From the NCBI GenBank assembly GCA_964291285.2, contig OZ219786.1, forward strand, positions 768,001 through 832,000: a DNA stretch of 64,000 nt. Direction: 5' to 3'. This document shows, piece after piece, positions 60,610 through 64,000 of the stretch. The notes beneath the pieces were generated by a model. It was not told where the DNA came from. It saw only the letters and a program-made list of their open reading frames with translations, and did not search any database. The DNA comes from Alphaproteobacteria bacterium. Its GTDB lineage: Bacteria; Pseudomonadota; Alphaproteobacteria; Bin95. Position 1 is the first letter of the stretch. The number at the start of each line of letters is the position of its first letter. A program made the position numbers and the translations under genes.

Positions 60610-61380
60610 TCAGTACCGCCAGGAGGAATCGGCCCGGTCGAGCAGGCGCAGCTGCGACTCCCAGCCGTCATAGGGGTTGTAGCTGCGGTTGGCCCTCGGG
60701 CGCCTCTCATGCTCGTCGAGGAAGACGTCGGAAAGCGTGGCGAGCGGCGCGCCCGTCGCTTCCGCAAGCATCTGCGTCTTCGCGGCCTTCTCGAGATCGT
60801 AGAGCCGCGCCCAAGCCTCGCGCACGCTGCGTCCGCCGACGAGGAACCCGTGGTTCTTCAGCACCATGACATCCGTGTCGCCCATGTCGGCGATCAGCCG
60901 CTCGCGCTCGTCGAGGTCGAAGGCGATGCCCTCATAGTCGTGATAGGCGATGCGCCCGTGGAATTGCATCGCCTTCTGGTTGAGCGGCCTCAGCCCCTGC
61001 GGCAGCGCCGCCAGCGCAATGCCGGTGCGGGTGTGCGTATGCGCGACGCAGGCGAGGTCGGGCCGCGCCATATGGACCGCCGAGTGGATGGTGAAGCCGG
61101 CGGCGTTGACCCCGTAGCGGTTCTCGCCGAGCAGATTGCCCTCCGTATCCACCTTGACGAGGTTCGACGCCGTCACCTGCTCGAACAAGAGGCCCCAGGG
61201 GTTGAGGAGGAAAGCGTCCTCGTCCCCGGGCACGCGCGCCGAGAGATGCGTGTAGGTGAGATCAGTCATGCCGTGCCGGGCGCAGAGACGGTAAAGCGCG
61301 GCGAGATCGACCCGTATCGCCCATTCCTCCGGGCTGACGCGGTCCTGTATTGAATACTCGGCGGCATGCGAATCGGGCAT
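60610..61380 (-). CDS. Class II aldolase/adducin family protein (paralog)
   Basis: THLSAR, NPWGLLFEQVTAS, IHSAVH, HTHT and NHG. Confidence 0.9.
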   Translation of the reverse strand: MPDSHAAEYSIQDRVSPEEWAIRVDLAALYRLCARHGMTDLTYTHLSARVPGDEDAFLLNPWGLLFEQVTASNLVKVDTEGNLLGENRYGVNAAGFTIHSAVHMARPDLACVAHTHTRTGIALAALPQGLRPLNQKAMQFHGRIAYHDYEGIAFDLDERERLIADMGDTDVMVLKNHGFLVGGRSVREAWARLYDLEKAAKTQMLAEATGAPLATLSDVFLDEHERRPRANRSYNPYDGWESQLRLLDRADSSWRY

Positions 61381-61491
61381 GGCGTGAACTCCTCCATCGC
61401 CCGCGGGCGGACGCAAATCGGCTGCGGTGCTTTCCGGCGCGCGAATTCCGCATAGGATAGCCCGAAATCCGCAAGCGAAGGAACCGCTTCC

Positions 61492-62373
61492 ATGAGCATC
61501 GGCTATGTCGGCCTCGGCAATATGGGCGGGGCGCTGGCCCGCCGCCTCGCGCTTACGCACCCGCTGCGCGTCTTCGACCTGCGCCCGGAGGCGATGCAGG
61601 CGCTGGCGGAGCAGAATTGCACGCCTGTCCAGTCCGCCGCCGCGCTGGGCGAGGAATGCGGAACCGTGCTGACCTGCCTGCCGACCTCGGACCATGTGCG
61701 CCAGGCGGTGTTCGGGCCGGGCGGGCTCGCCGAGGGCATGGCCCCGGGCGGCATCATCCTCGACCAGACGACGGGCGACCCGAATGCCACGCGCGCCATG
61801 GCGGCGGAACTCGCGGAGCGCGGCATCCGGCTGGTCGACGCGCCGGTCTCGGGCGGCAAGCGGGGCGCGGACGCCGGTACCATCGCGATCATGGTCGGCG
61901 CGGAGGAGGCCGACTATGCCGAAGTGCTGCCGATGCTGCACGCCATCAGCCCCAATGTCTTCCATTGCGGCGGCGTCGGCACGGGCCACGTGATGAAGCT
62001 GGTGAACAATGTGACTGCCGCTTCCGCTTATGCGGCCTGCTGCGAGGCGGTGGCCATGGGGGTCAAGAACGGGCTCGACTTCGCCAGGGCCGTCGAGGTG
62101 CTCAACAAGAGCTCGGGCCGGAGCTTCATGTCCGAGGCCATGCTGGCCGCACAGACGGAGGGCCCGCAGCCCTTCGACTTCGCATTGGCGCTGATGCACA
62201 AGGATGTACGCTTGGCGACCCAACTCGGCGCCGACAGCGGCGCGCCCATGTTCGTCGCCAATGTCGTGCGCGAGCTGCACCAGGCCTCGCTCGCCCATCT
62301 CGGCCACGAGGCCGATGTGACCGAGCTGTTGCGCACGGTGGAGCGCAATTCGGATGTGAAGGTCATTCCGTAA
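61492..62373 (+). CDS. Beta-hydroxyacid (3-hydroxyisobutyrate-type) dehydrogenase
   Basis: GYVGLGNMG, DAPVSGG and MKLVNN. Confidence 0.9.
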   Translation: MSIGYVGLGNMGGALARRLALTHPLRVFDLRPEAMQALAEQNCTPVQSAAALGEECGTVLTCLPTSDHVRQAVFGPGGLAEGMAPGGIILDQTTGDPNATRAMAAELAERGIRLVDAPVSGGKRGADAGTIAIMVGAEEADYAEVLPMLHAISPNVFHCGGVGTGHVMKLVNNVTAASAYAACCEAVAMGVKNGLDFARAVEVLNKSSGRSFMSEAMLAAQTEGPQPFDFALALMHKDVRLATQLGADSGAPMFVANVVRELHQASLAHLGHEADVTELLRTVERNSDVKVIP

Positions 62374-62406
62374 GGGGCCAGGCGACCCGGCGGCGCACCT
62401 GCCGGC

Positions 62407-62434
62407 TTGACGCGGCGATGCCCATTCCTAGATT
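62407..62434 (+). promoter_or_regulatory. Sigma70-type promoter of thrS
   Basis: TTGACG-N16-TAGATT upstream of the ATG at 62471. Confidence 0.45.
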
Positions 62435-62470
62435 GCGGCCTTTCCGAAATCCGGAACATCTGCCAAGCCG

Positions 62471-64000
62471 ATGAGCGACATCGCCCTGACAATGCCTGAC
62501 GGCTCCGTGCGCCCCTTCGCGCGCGGGAGCACCGGCGCCGACCTGGCGGCGGCCATTTCCAGAAGCCTCGCGAAGCGCGCGGTCGCCATCCGCGTGGGCG
62601 GTGCGCTGCGCGATCTCGCCGAGCCGCTCACGGAGGACGGCGCCATCGAGATCGTGACCCGCGACGATCCGGACGGCCTCGACCTCATCCGGCACGATGC
62701 CGCCCATGCGCTGGCCGAGGCGGCGAAGGAGCTCTATCCGGAGATCCAGATCACCATCGGCCCGGTGATCGAGAACGGCTTCTACTACGACTTCTCGCGC
62801 GGCGAGCCGTTCACGCCGGACGACCTGGCATTGCTGGAAGAGCGGATGCGCGAGATCGTGGACCGCGATGAGCCGATCGCCCGCGAGGTCTGGGACCGCG
62901 ACGAGGCCGCCCGCTTCTTCGAGGGCGAGGGCGAGCACTACAAGGCGGAGATCATCCGTTCTATCCCGTCGGAGGAACCGATCACGCTCTACCGCCAGGG
63001 CGGCTTCCTCGACCTCTGCCGGGGGCCGCACCTGCCCTCCACGGGGCGGCTCGGCAAGGCGTTCAAGCTGATGAGCGTGGCCGGCGCCTACTGGCGCGGC
63101 GACCACCGCAACGAGATGCTGCAGCGCATTTACGGTACGGCCTGGCGCACCGAAAAGGAGCTCAGGGCCTATCTGGAGCGCCTGGAGGAGGCCGAACGGC
63201 GCGACCACCGCCGCCTCGGGCGCGAGATGGGCCTGTTCCACCTCCAGGAGGAAGCCGCGGGTTCGGTCTTCTGGATGCCCAAGGGCTGGACGCTGTTCCG
63301 CGTCTGCGAGGACTATATGCGTATGCGCCTCGACGCGAACGGCTATGTCGAGGTGAAGACGCCGCAGCTCCTCGACCGCGCGCTCTGGGAAGCCTCGGGC
63401 CACTGGGAGAAGTTCCGCGAGCATATGTTCGTGGCCGAGGCGGCCGAGGACCGGCTGTTCGCGCTCAAGCCGATGAATTGCCCGGGCCATGTGCAGATCT
63501 TCAAGCAGGGCATTAAGAGCTACCGCGACCTGCCGCTTCGCATGGCCGAGTTCGGCGCCTGCCACCGCAACGAGCCCTCGGGCGCGCTGCACGGCATCAT
63601 GCGGGTGCGCGCCTTCACCCAGGACGACGCCCATATCTTCGCCACCGAGGACCAGGTGACAGCGGAGACCGAGCGCTTCTGCGCGCTGCTCACCAGCATC
63701 TACGCGGATTTCGGCTTCGAGGATGTGCTGGTGAAATTCTCCGACCGCCCGGAGGTGCGAGCGGGCGAAGACGAGGTCTGGGACAAGGCCGAGACCGCGC
63801 TGCTGGACGCTGTCAACGCCGCCGGGCTTGAAGTCGAGCTCAATCCCGGCGAGGGCGCGTTCTATGGCCCCAAGCTCGAATTCGTGCTGCGCGATGCCAT
63901 CGGCCGGGACTGGCAGTGCGGCACCTTCCAGGTCGATTTCGTGTTGCCCGAGCGGCTGAACGCCACCTATGTGGACGAGAGCGGCGAGCGGCGCCGGCCG
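62471..64000 (+). CDS. thrS: Threonine--tRNA ligase, 3'-partial (not in the ORF track)
   Basis: TGS domain, [48 protein letters not shown] and AFYGPK. Confidence 0.97.
   Translation, partial: MSDIALTMPDGSVRPFARGSTGADLAAAISRSLAKRAVAIRVGGALRDLAEPLTEDGAIEIVTRDDPDGLDLIRHDAAHALAEAAKELYPEIQITIGPVIENGFYYDFSRGEPFTPDDLALLEERMREIVDRDEPIAREVWDRDEAARFFEGEGEHYKAEIIRSIPSEEPITLYRQGGFLDLCRGPHLPSTGRLGKAFKLMSVAGAYWRGDHRNEMLQRIYGTAWRTEKELRAYLERLEEAERRDHRRLGREMGLFHLQEEAAGSVFWMPKGWTLFRVCEDYMRMRLDANGYVEVKTPQLLDRALWEASGHWEKFREHMFVAEAAEDRLFALKPMNCPGHVQIFKQGIKSYRDLPLRMAEFGACHRNEPSGALHGIMRVRAFTQDDAHIFATEDQVTAETERFCALLTSIYADFGFEDVLVKFSDRPEVRAGEDEVWDKAETALLDAVNAAGLEVELNPGEGAFYGPKLEFVLRDAIGRDWQCGTFQVDFVLPERLNATYVDESGERRRP

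Noticed and set aside
62363-63634. 423-aa minus-strand ORF
   Set aside because: Antisense shadow of thrS
1-64000. CRISPR array, cas genes, rRNA or prophage structural genes
   Set aside because: No regularly spaced repeats or recognisable motifs seen by eye

Overview
High-GC (about 70% by eye) bacterial chromosome segment, most likely an alphaproteobacterium (alpha-type LexA box, alpha-type REP elements, urt/ure gene set, AmpG/DsbA/thrS). Positions 1-6.6 kb are a decayed mobile region: a DUF4338 gene, two damaged tandem tyrosine recombinases, a five-zinc-finger repeat protein and an IS1380 copy that truncates an MFS gene. The rest is mostly metabolic and transport genes: CoA-transferases, a CitE-like lyase, ChrA, a TRAP transporter, ribokinase, 2-hydroxyacid dehydrogenases, a fused ABC transporter, a sigma54/NtrC-type urtABCDE-ureDABCEFG cluster, acyl-CoA genes, GST/LLM/TIGR03084, an aminotransferase, DsbA, AmpG, RidA, GNAT, Ldh_2, PhyH, two class II aldolases and the start of thrS. 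It is interrupted by a second IS1380, an IS21-family element and an ISAs1. Best leads: (1) a hidden UxxC selenoprotein, a glutaredoxin fused to a DinB-type domain and coupled to chrA, missed by the ORF track because of its in-frame UGA; (2) a 4.05 kb IS21-family element carrying a Cys-rich gene and a DUF3991/Toprim primase-like gene, inserted into a PhyH gene; (3) a low-GC two-gene cassette resembling a nuclease toxin plus an IrrE/ImmA-like partner; (4) a LexA box in front of a stand-alone IS630-type HTH gene. No rRNA, tRNA or CRISPR array was seen. All family assignments come from motif recognition, not database searches.
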